A DNA stretch of 63,551 bases, filler included, from Dugesia japonica (Eukaryota), in the NCBI GenBank assembly GCA_001938525.1. It is 5 parts of 5 records of this genome, joined end to end, with 100 filler letters (N's around TTAATTAATTAA, not from the genome) between each part and the next. Parts side by side here need not be neighbours in the genome. Positions count along the whole stretch, not along the records: positions 45,190 to 55,131 come from MQRL01587027.1; positions 55,232 to 63,551 come from MQRL01598416.1; 3 more parts are not named here. The stretch is one strand, 5' to 3'. This document shows positions 53,690-63,551 of the stretch, piece by piece. Numbering within the stretch: position 1 is the first letter of the stretch; every line of letters begins with the position of its first letter. A model generated the notes under the pieces. That model saw only the letters and a list, made by a program, of their open reading frames with translations. It had not been told where the DNA came from and ran no database searches. A program made the position numbers and the translations under genes.

Positions 53690-54960
53690 ATAATATTCAA
53701 GCAATCCAATCTAAAGGCTATCTAAAGTTTCCATTTTTAATTGATTACCCACTTTAGTTAGGAAGCTAGATGCTGCTGAAAACACTCTCACTAGATATAT
53801 AGGTAGGTTGAATAGTCAGCAAAACCTGATACAATTTTTCGAAATAATATCCTCTTTTTCAACGATTTACTTCAATCAGGGTAGTTCTTTTTTTAACGTT
53901 GATAGTCTGCTCTGTTGTGGGAGTGAGCCTATTGTTTTTTGCATTTCAGTCAAAGTAAACACTTCATGTTCTGAATCCGTTTCTTGTTTAATATTTCCAA
54001 CTAAATTTTCAGATGCAAGAAACAACTGTTCAACTGTCTCCTTAGCTGACCACTTCATCAAGTATTTTTGAAGAATATTTAAAATAATAATTAGTCAATT
54101 AAAAATAATAATAATAATTTGCAAATTTGGATAATTACTATTTTGTAAAAAAACAATAGCGATATAATATCTTTGTTTCGTTTTTATTTGATTCCTTTTT
54201 TCAAGGCTAGTATCATTTCATTTAAGAGATAGGTATCAGCTTGTTGCAATTTATTTAATAGAAAAATGAAAACTACTTCAGCTTTAAGTAAATTGCTGTC
54301 CTTTTTGCTTAAATCTTTAACTGCAAGCTGTATAGACTCAAAAACTTGCGATATTTCCTTTAAAATATTGATGTTTGCATTATCAAATTGTTGCTGGTCT
54401 AGTTCGATTAACAGTATTTATACAGTTACTCAATTTTAGAAAATAATTTATCATAGGAAGCATAGAGTTCCACTGAGTTTTGCAGTCAAGTAATAATCGA
54501 AGTTTTTTCCCTTCTTGCTTGAATACATGTTTCTGAAAAATACTACTTCTTACAACTGACTTTTTGAAAACGTTTATTATTTTAAGAGTCTCAACTAGAA
54601 CTTTTTCAATATCTTTACAAATTTCTGGAATATCACTTATAGCTTCATCTTCAAAATTCAAATTATAGTCAGAAACCAATAATTTAACGTATAAATTGGT
54701 TATAACATGGTTATAACATAACTGAGAAAATGCTTGAAATTCTCGTCAATATTTGACCATAACTGAAGCTCCGTCTTAGGTTAAGGAGACCACATCTGAA
54801 TTTGAATACATTCTTAACTTTACAAGCTTGTCTTTGAATAGCCTTATTGTAACATCAGAATCACAAGAACCTTCGATAGGTACTAGGCCAATAACGCAAG
54901 GCGACATTACTGTTGAGTTGATGGTAATATTTATCTAACTTCTGATTTTAATGTCACTCA
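53690..54960 (-). mobile_element. Decayed hAT transposase
   Basis: LLLDCKTQWNSMLPMI, AVKDLSKKDSNLLKAE, SESVFSAASSFLTK; related to the 9200-10826 type. Confidence 0.85.
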
Positions 54961-55131
54961 CTGGTACTAATAAAACAGGTAATACACACCCATAGCAATT
55001 TAAGACAACTTACAGTACAGTGCTCTAGTGTAGTCATTCACTTATTCATCTGGCAAAGTACTGGTAGGAATATTGCTTGCTTGTTAACTTAATAACTTTA
55101 TAAATAAATTTGTTTGCATTTGATTATTCTC

Positions 55132-55231
55132 NNNNNNNNNNNNNNNNNNNNNNNNNNNNNNNNNNNNNNNNNNNNTTAATTAATTAANNNNNNNNNNNNN
55201 NNNNNNNNNNNNNNNNNNNNNNNNNNNNNNN
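55132..55231. other. Artificial contig linker
   Basis: 44 N + TTAATTAATTAA + 44 N. Confidence 0.95.
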
Positions 55232-55233
55232 CT

Positions 55234-56046
55234 CAATTAGTAGAAAAACATGGTTCTACTTACATAACAAGAATAATTTATTCAAATAAAATTATACTCA
55301 GAGTACCGGAAGATAAGAAGAATATAATGTATATCTCTGCGCATATAAAAGATAGCCCGAGAGTATACAAGGGGAAGGGTCAAATAGAAATAGGAGGATT
55401 AGAAGCTAACACTAAATATAAACTCTGGATATGGGTGCGAACAGGTAGATACAGGGTAGTAGAACATCATATATTTACTACACTGCCTAAGAAACGAGAA
55501 CAAGAAAAGTTAGGCGCAACAAGGATGTCATTAAAGACGCAATATACGAATATTCTGACAAAAAAAAGAAAGTTGAGTACAACCAAACCACAATCAGAAA
55601 AAACTATCCCTTAAGCAAAATCACAAATAAAGACACAATATAGAACTATTCTGACAAAACAAAGAAAGTTGAGTGCAACTAAACTACAACCAGAAACAAC
55701 TATTCCTCATAATACACCAGTATATGGTAATGCCATAATGACAAAAAAAATTAGAAATGAAAATCTAAAGAGAGATCCAAAAACTTTGAATAGTAACAGA
55801 AAATTAAATTATCAACAATTAAAACATGAAATTCTACATATGTTGGTTACAACAACAATAAAATCATTTGACATAAAAATACTACATCACCCTTTTACAG
55901 TATTGGGAATGATTGCAGTACTCTTCCTCCTCGCTTTCATAATTACATTAATTCAAATGCATAANCGATATAGGTGGAAGAGGCAGCGTTATCGGCGTCG
56001 CAATACCCCACAAATTCCGAATTGTGTCCAATGGACATTGGTCTGA
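55234..56046 (+). pseudogene. Fibronectin type III + stalk + single transmembrane protein, 5' truncated, one in-frame stop
   Basis: Frame is open from the contig edge; IEIGGLEANTKYKLWIWVRT...FTTLP (FN3 tyrosine corner); 96-nt tandem duplication; TM VLGMIAVLFLLAFIITLI then an Arg-rich tail. ORFs 55327 and 55669 share a frame across the TAA at 55612. Confidence 0.7.
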
Positions 56047-56301
56047 ACACCCTGCGGAAATTTTAAAAAAATAAATAATCTATATTATTATGTATACATA
56101 TTTTTATTTATATAATCAGCTACTAATACCTGTAGCAGTATATATGACTAACCAGTCCTTAAAATCAATCACTAATTATTCATTTATTTTAGAAAAAACA
56201 TTCGAACAATCTGTAGTTGTAATAATCAGTCGACAGTTGATACAGTCCAAAATACAAACACAAATATTTATACATAACAATCAATCAAGTATACGACATA
56301 A

Positions 56302-57478
56302 CATGCAGGCACATAATAATATAGCAAGACAAAATAATAAAAGCAATACTAACAACACACAGAAAAGTAATAATCAATCAAACAGAAATATACATACAGA
56401 TAGCAATACAGCAAATGTGCCTTCACCCTCTACCTTTACCACAAAAAGTATTCCTAAATTTTACGATAACATTCAGAATTTTACATTTAAAGAGAAACAA
56501 ACAGAACCCAGAATAGAAACGTTTACCGAAGTAGAAAAAATCCTTAATTCACCAAAAAATAACACTTTTGATTAAGACTTAATCATGATACGATTTCAGG
56601 AAGCAAAGCGATATACTCTTCAGCAGTTAATAGGTTATATAAAGATCCCTAAGAATCCTGAAAGTTCATTGATAAAAGGGAAGAGTTATAAAAGCCATTC
56701 AAATGCATGTTACAAAAACCCCTATAAAGTTTACACATAATAAAAGTGAAATAACGGTAATTAATAACATTTCGCTAATAATTGAAGAAATAATAAATAA
56801 AGATATAAATACTATTAAAGTAGCCATACAAAATATCCCAGCAGTNNNNNNNNNNNNNNNNNNNNNNNNNNNNNNNNNNNNNNNNNNNNNNNNNNNNNNN
56901 NNNNNNNNNNNNNNNNNNNNNNNNNNNNNNNNNNNNNNNNNNNNNNNNNNNNNNNAAAGTATGCAGTATTGACAAAAGAAGATATCGACCAACTTACGGT
57001 GTATATTGATGTGAAGACTGTGAAAGATGAATATTTCAACCCAAAATTGATAGAAATCACCATTATGTCAAATAATGGAACTATTTTAATGGACGAAACC
57101 CTCTGTCCAAGAGAAAGAATTAGACATTTCGATTCACACATCACAGGATGTGACCAGGAGAAAATTAGACAGTATAAAAATGCCTATCCATTGATATTAA
57201 GAGCAAGACAACTTCTTTATGGTCAAATATTAGTAGGTTATAATATTGGGAAAAATTTGATTAGTTTTCATATGGATCAAAGGCACGTAATAGGCATTAG
57301 AGATCTCGCAGAGGAAAAATGGAGACGATTATACACCCCGAATGTCAAAAAACTCAAACTCCTTAACTTAATGGAAGCAGTGTTCAAGCCATTAAAACAT
57401 GAATATATTATAAAAGATATGCATATATGTATATATATAAAGTATTTGTATGACCATTATTATATTATGAGTATGTGA
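56302..57478 (+). pseudogene. REX4/ISG20-like DEDDh 3'-5' exonuclease with Asn-rich N-terminal extension, decayed
   Basis: VYIDVKTV (ExoI), GTILMDETLCP, ITG, LLYGQILVGYNIGKNL (ExoII), IRDLA, HEYIIKD (ExoIII-like). Upstream part has a stop, a frameshift and an N gap, so its link to the nuclease domain is inferred. Confidence 0.75.
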
Positions 57479-57603
57479 TTTAATATGTATATATACTTTC
57501 AGAATATGGAATTAGCAGTTCAATCTAGNNNNNNNNNNNNNNNNNNNNNNNNNNNNNNNNNNNNNNNNNNNNNNNNNNTAATATGTATATATACTTTCAG
57601 AAT

Positions 57604-58870
57604 ATGGAATTAGCAGTTCAATCTAGAAGAAGCTTCTTACAAAACAATGCACAAATCGTACTCTACGAAAAAAACAGAAACATAAAAAATCCCTTTGATT
57701 ACAGTTAGCGTGATGCAGCTCTTGTATCCTTAAGTATTGACCACGATCCTATATGCCCTTTATGCTACGACAAACCCATAATGCCAAGAATAGCTCAGTG
57801 TGGACACTTTTTTTGTTTCTCTTGTATTATACAATACTTTGACATAACAACATCAAGTGTCGTCCCTTGTCCCTCAGGTAGAACTTACAAAATTCACCAG
57901 CGAAATCTTATACGTACCAAAATCTGTCACCAACAAGTTCCAACAATTGGGCAATTTGTACCTTTCACCTTACTAATAAAAATGCCACATAACAACAATC
58001 TTAGATTTGCTCACTTGACACCTTTCATGTATCAAATCGACACCCCAGATAGAAGCGACCTCACTAGTGAATTCCTCACTATATGCACACAACGTGATTC
58101 CATCTCAATTAAACAAATCAATGATGATATCCGTACTATTAGTTACGGACCCCTTCCTAATAAACAAAAAAGTAGATTAATACAGTTATTAAAAGGAGAA
58201 TGCTCTTATTTCTCAGATACAATTAAAATCCTGAACAAATTGTAATTTAACCGAGAATTCACAAAAGCCACCAGAGACGGAGACAGATATAATTTGATAG
58301 TCCATAACACCGAATTAAAAAATTGTTCACACGTTTACCAGACAGCCAAATACCCACGAACATTTTTAGACCATAAACAAGCAAATAAATACCTCAAATC
58401 CGCTCCAGAAGACATCCCTTTTCGTATGGGTGGTTATATAGAAATAATATTCAACTTAATTATTGATAAGGCCTTACATCCCAGTACATGTTTCTCATTC
58501 CTGCTTGATGGCCTGATGATTCGTATAATTTAAATACGAGTGGACACTATTTCTACCCCAAAAAGACTTGACGCCCTTAGCTATCTTCACTTACATGCTA
58601 AGCAAGTGAAGGAAAAGATCATGGAAGAAAATAAAAGGTTGCAAACAATTGCTGAGGAAAGTATAACTCGTATGGGCCAACCAGCTCGAATACTGTCTAG
58701 AGTAAATAACCCGAGAGACATCTTCTATTGAGAACCTTCCAACTCCCCTTCTAGTATCGACCCCGAATATGAATTCCCCGCTTGTATATTTAATGAACCC
58801 TGTATGGATGAAATACCATCAGCCTACCACGACATGGCGTGCCCGCGATTCTTATTCACACAAAGATGAC
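57604..58870 (+). pseudogene. Intronless, divergent RNF10/MAG2-like RING E3 ligase with in-frame stops
   Basis: SFLQNNAQIV (RNF10 LFLQANCQFV), CPLC..PRIAQCGHFFCFSCIIQY..CP, IGQFVPFTLL, VYQTAKYPRTFL (FYQAEDGQHMFL), coiled coil, EFPA. One reading frame with stops at 57706, 58243, 58531 and 58729. Confidence 0.8.
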
Positions 58871-59659
58871 GGAGCATCTTTTCGCAAGGGGGTACATTTG
58901 TTGAGATCTGAATATATACATATACATAACATAGCATGCAGGCAAAATATAACATTTTTCAAATCAACACCTAAAAGAATCAAAGGGGTATTCGAGTTCA
59001 TTATTCAATGCAATCCAACTCAAGATCAAATCAATGAACTTTCTATNCTTGATATAAAAACAATTATGATTTATTTTATTTTGTGAATATTTGGAACATT
59101 TATATTATTTGGAACATTTATTTTTATTTTTAACATTTGTTTTTATCTAAAAATGTTTTATGTTATGAATAATATTTTTGCAAAGTTTTATATTGTAAAT
59201 CATAATTTTTGCAAATAATAATTTTAATTATTTAAAAAGTCAGTTTGTTTTAATGATTTATTTTAATTTCTATTGATGTGTGTATAAACCTACGGATGTA
59301 AAATCAGTATAAATACTGATGAGTTTTAGCTAATTTTCAGTAACTTTTGATTCAACTAGAATCCAACCTCTCTGGGCAGCATATCTAGTTTGATTCTAAA
59401 TTATTGCTAATAAGCTATAAGGTGTTTATTGTGTATATACCAAAAATAAAACTTTTAAAAGGTATTCAATAGTTATTTATATAAGGGAATNNNNNNNNNN
59501 NNNNNNNNNNNNNNNNNNNNNNNNNNNNNNNNNNNNNNNNNNNNNNNNNNNNNNNNNNNNNNNNNNNNNNNNNNNNNNNNNNNNNTAAACATATTATTGA
59601 AAAATAGTTATAAAGTAATCGAACCATAAAATAACTTGTTGAGTAGAAATACCAAACAA

Positions 59660-60043
59660 AGTCTTAAAGCAGAAAATAATTCTGGTTCCAAGCAACGATT
59701 GTAGAGTTGTGCTAATTTATACAAATTTATTGAAACCTACATATTTACCACAATTGTTAGCAATTGTAAACATATATTTTTAATATCATAGAGATTCAAA
59801 TCTGGTGGCTCTAAAGGCTTCTTGCATCCCATTATTCTACATTTTCCTGTTCTAAAGAAAATAATCGTATACTTGTCACCTTTATCTGTACAACTATTTC
59901 ATAGTAAATAAACCATTCTAGATTTCGGACATTTAAAATTGTATACTTTTATCTTTGAATTGACATGGTTTTCCTATCGGAAAGCTTAATTTTTTCGTTA
60001 CTTCTAAGGACGTTACTCCAATGTAATTAATAGTAGTTATCAT
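59660..60043 (-). pseudogene. Highly divergent TATA-binding-protein-fold gene fragment
   Basis: MITTINYIG...KPCQFKDK|NKGDKYTIIFFRTGKCRIMGCK...INLYKLAQLYNRCLEPELFSALR (compare TBP LIFSSGKMVCTGAK and YEPELFPGL). Frame is kept by a putative 61-nt GT-AG intron (59946-59886); one TAG. Confidence 0.7.
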
Positions 60044-60619
60044 ACTTAATAAATTTGAGAGGAGCATTGAGGTTTGTTGGAATGAATTTAATTGATCCGT
60101 TAAAACCAATATAAAAAAGGAAATAAATTATAAATAAATTCTGAAAAACAAGATGAGGATATTAGGAAATGACGATGTACATCAAATTGTTGTTAACAGG
60201 AAAACTTTGATTTTATGTAAATTATTAAAATCGAATTTATTCAAGTCAAAATTTAACAAAATATACTGACATAGAGGGGCAGATGAAGAGAATGGACAAA
60301 TTCAATCTGAATTTTAAAATATTAAAATACTCGATAGATAGTGGGGGTCATAGCCAGCAAATATTCAGTAACCCGCCCCTCGTGACTTAAGGAAATTTAA
60401 TACTAATGCATTTAGTTGGGAATTTTAAAAAATGATATCATATTAGTTAATATTACGAAATGGGATTAAGTGTCCATGGATTTCCCCTGTGAATTTAGTT
60501 GTTAAAATTTTTTGCAACCAAATTATGTAATAAGATTAATTTCATCGTCGAGATTTTTACGTAATAGGATTAAGTGGCTATGTATTTTCCTGTGGTTTTA
60601 GTTGTAAAATTGTTTTAGG

Positions 60620-61605
60620 CTTTTTAGTTAAGGATTTGCTCAGTGAGGTTGAAATATGTCAATTTTTGATTAGTTTTCAATGGTTTTTGTCTAAACTTTC
60701 CTCGGAAATGGTTATTTTGGTCAATTATTCGGTTAATTGGTCAAATCTTTACTTGGGATTGCTCTGTTTGGGTAATTTTTGAACGATTTGGTCAATTTTT
60801 GGTTGGTTCAGGGAAACTTGGCTCATTTTTGGATGAATCGGTGAATTAATTACTTGAGAAAGGTAACTTGGTTAATTTTAGGCAATATTGGTCAAATTTT
60901 TCCTCGGTTTTGCTCGGTTTGGGCAAACTTGGTCGGTTTTAGGTAATTTTTGAGCGATTTTGTTAGGAATTTATTCGGTGAGATAGATTTTTGATTTGAT
61001 TTAGATCGTGTTTGTCCAAAATTTGCTCGGTGAGGTCAAATAAGGTCGATTTTCTGTTGGTTTAGGAAAATATGGTATAATATTTCCTCGGGATTGATAA
61101 TTTTTAGGGGATTTAGATAAAAGTGGTTGAAAATTTTCTAAGATTTCGTTAGCTTCGTTAATTTTTTGGGTGATTTGGTTAAAAATTTCCTTGGGATTAG
61201 TAATTTTCAGGTGATTCAGTCAATTATTTCCTCGGGATATGTCAGGTTAGGTAATTTATGGGCATTTTGGTCAATTATATACTCAAAAAAGGACAATATC
61301 GAGCAATTTTGAGAGATTTGGTCCAATATTTCTACCAGATTGATCATATTGACTCAGTTTTCAACAATTTGATCAATTATTTACTCGGTTTAATTAATAT
61401 TGGTCAAACTTTTCATCGGTGAGGTCGAATCTGGGCAAACTTGGTCGGTTTTAGGTTAATTTGGTCCAAGTTTCCTCGTGATTCGTCAGTTTGGGTAGTT
61501 TTTGGGTGATTCAGTCAAATGTTTTGTCGATCTGGTTGCATTTGGCTCATTGTTTGGCGATTTGGTCAATTATTTTCTCGGAAGGGACAAACTTGGTTAA
61601 TTTTA
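60620..61605. repeat. Degenerate G/T-skewed satellite
   Basis: Recurrent motifs gatttggtcaa, tttcctcgg, ggtgaggtc and gggcaaacttggtcggttttagg (60921 and 61433). Confidence 0.85.
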
Positions 61606-61859
61606 TGCTCACAAGGGTTATTTAAAAGTTTCATATAATAATAAAGGAAAACAATAAGACTGAGTGAGACCTAATATAATATGCATTTTATTTAAATTAA
61701 TAAAACTATTTCAGTATATTTTAATAATCTTATTGTACTTCAACTTCTTTGCTTGCTTTTTGGCAACTCTGCTTGCTCTTTGGTTTTATGGGTTTCTATT
61801 TTCTTTTAAATACCCAATAATCAGAAACATTGTTAAAGAATATTGTTGATATATTTTTC

Positions 61860-62050
61860 AACATAGAAAATACTGATCTTATCATCAGAAATATTGATCT
61901 CGTCATTATATTAGTTTCAATAGATAAAGTTATAGTTTCATCATTAAAAACATGGGGTTTATCATGAAAATGCTGGTTTCATCATCAAAATGTGTTTTTT
62001 ATAATGCAAACATTGGTTTTAACACGGAAATATTGGTTTTATCATTGAAT
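61860..62050. repeat. ~20-bp minisatellite
   Basis: aaatattggttttatcatca-like units. Confidence 0.75.
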
Positions 62051-62279
62051 ATAAGACTCTGAAACTAGATATTTTTAATACAGTAAATCTAGATATATTG
62101 ATATTTTCATCACTTAGACCAACACAGGGACAATCAAGTAATACTTATTCAATTATTTCTTATTCAAACTAGGTTTCGTTTCATTGTCAGTAAGTTTCCT
62201 TGAGTAAAGTTAGAAAAAATGATAAGTAAGGACAAGAATGAGAAGGATCGAATTTTCTAAAACTCGTGAGATTTAATCT

Positions 62280-62540
62280 GAAATTTTATAGTAGTCGATA
62301 AATATTTTATGAAATTGCACAGTAGTCGATAAAAATAATTTGAAATTGCACAGTAGTCGATAAAAATAATTTAAAATTGCACAGTAGTCGATAAAAAATT
62401 TATGAAATTGCACAGTAGTCACAAATTATTTTATCAAATTTTACAGTAGTCGATAAATCTTTTATGAAATTGCACAGTAGTGACAAATTACTTCATGAAA
62501 TTGTATAGAAGTATTAACACATTTTATGAAATTTATATGA
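62280..62540. repeat. ~29-30-bp minisatellite
   Basis: ttttatgaaattgcacagtagtcgataaa, about 8 copies. Confidence 0.9.
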
Positions 62541-62779
62541 AATAAGCAAGATGAATGAATAATATGTTGCATTACATACAAAGTATGTGTCCAGTACAAG
62601 TGTGAGAATAGTGCAATATAAATGCTACTCACTCGACATTCTAATATTACTCAAGGAAATGAATAAATGGAAATTACTGATTCTAATACTGACAAGTTTC
62701 ATGACCCACTAATTCTTTCATATAGTTACTTGGTAAAAATTGGTTTCAATTGTTAAAATTATAGGGGACAATATCAAAA

Positions 62780-63020
62780 CATACACCATACTCGTTACCA
62801 ACAGATTTATCAATACAATACTTGCTATCATCAAGTCTTGATACATAATGATCGCTACCATTACTTCTTAACATATACAATACTCACTGTCAGTAATTAT
62901 TAACATACACAATACTCGCTACCTTTAAGTCTTAACATGTACAATACTCACTAACAACAGTTATATCAACAAAATACTCGCTACTAAAACAGCTCTTAAT
63001 ATACAGATTACTCGTTATCA
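62780..63020. repeat. ~30-bp minisatellite
   Basis: caatactcgctacc...ttaacata, about 8 copies. Confidence 0.85.
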
Positions 63021-63269
63021 TAATTTACCTATTGATTATTCAGTTGATGGTTTAATCTGTTTATCGTCTATTTCATATAGTCAACCTTATATTTCATATT
63101 AAATATATACTTTGCAACCAATAACCGATTATTTCTTAATATATTTTCAACTTAATATAGAAATTTCCTTTGACAATAGATCTTCTAATGTGCTTTATTA
63201 ACCAATTAATCATATACTTGTATTATAAACCTATTCTTTCATTCAATGAAATTCTAACCAATTATCCAT

Positions 63270-63464
63270 GAATTCATTTAAAATAAAAGCTTCGATCCAA
63301 ACGTTTGTTTTTTATTGCTATTTGATAACAATACAATATTTCGACCTTGCCTTCGTCAGGAATTGACATTTTTTTTGATCAAAGCTTTTATTTTAAATGA
63401 ATTCTGTGGTTACGATTAGTGGTTACGTCGAACAATTATTTTCGCAATGACTGCAATTGTAAAA
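63270..63464. mobile_element. Inverted Penelope pseudo-LTR pair with a minus-strand hammerhead core (63330-63365)
   Basis: Reverse complement reads caattc-ctgacga-a-ggc aag gtc-gaaa; inverted arms gaattcatttaaaataaaagcttcgatc / gatcaaagcttttattttaaatgaattc. Confidence 0.8.
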
Positions 63465-63551
63465 CAATTATTCATGAGCCTAATACTTACCTTTGGAAAT
63501 AATTAATTAATTAAATTTTCAAAGAAATTCTTATTCAATCAATTAAAATTT

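Noticed and set aside
55232-59086. Alternative genetic code or stop read-through to explain the in-frame stops
   Set aside because: TAG, TAA and TGA all occur, TGG is used for Trp in the same genes, and a frameshift is present near 56700. Decay is the simpler explanation.
62280-63020. Regular ~30-nt repeats resembling a CRISPR array
   Set aside because: Head-to-tail units with no unique spacers, eukaryotic context and no cas genes; these are minisatellites.

Overview
Very AT-rich, intron-containing animal genomic DNA. The 42-75 nt minimal GT-AG introns and the repeat content are compatible with a triclad flatworm, but the taxon is inference. The window is not one contiguous locus: four identical 100-nt linkers (44 N + TTAATTAATTAA + 44 N, stops in all six frames) split it into five blocks, and the host-gene pieces in different blocks belong to different genes. 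Block 1 (1-17369) has phase-compatible exons of an unidentified low-complexity protein. Block 2 (17470-28675) has a multi-C2H2 zinc-finger exon. Block 3 (28776-45089) has seven exons of an OCA2/P-protein orthologue. Block 4 (45190-55131) has an unidentified terminal exon. Block 5 (55232-63551) has a tightly packed, co-oriented, decayed cassette (FN3 + transmembrane protein, REX4/ISG20-like DEDDh exonuclease, RNF10/MAG2-like RING E3) facing a highly divergent TBP-fold gene that the ORF track misses, followed by satellites. Introns and intergenic DNA are filled with decayed Ty3/gypsy, hAT, Tc1/mariner, piggyBac, Polinton pPolB and Penelope remnants. About eight dispersed copies of a ~170-bp Penelope pseudo-LTR occur; five loci retain a minimal hammerhead ribozyme core and several are arranged as inverted pairs. 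All homology calls come from motif recognition by eye; no database searches were run.
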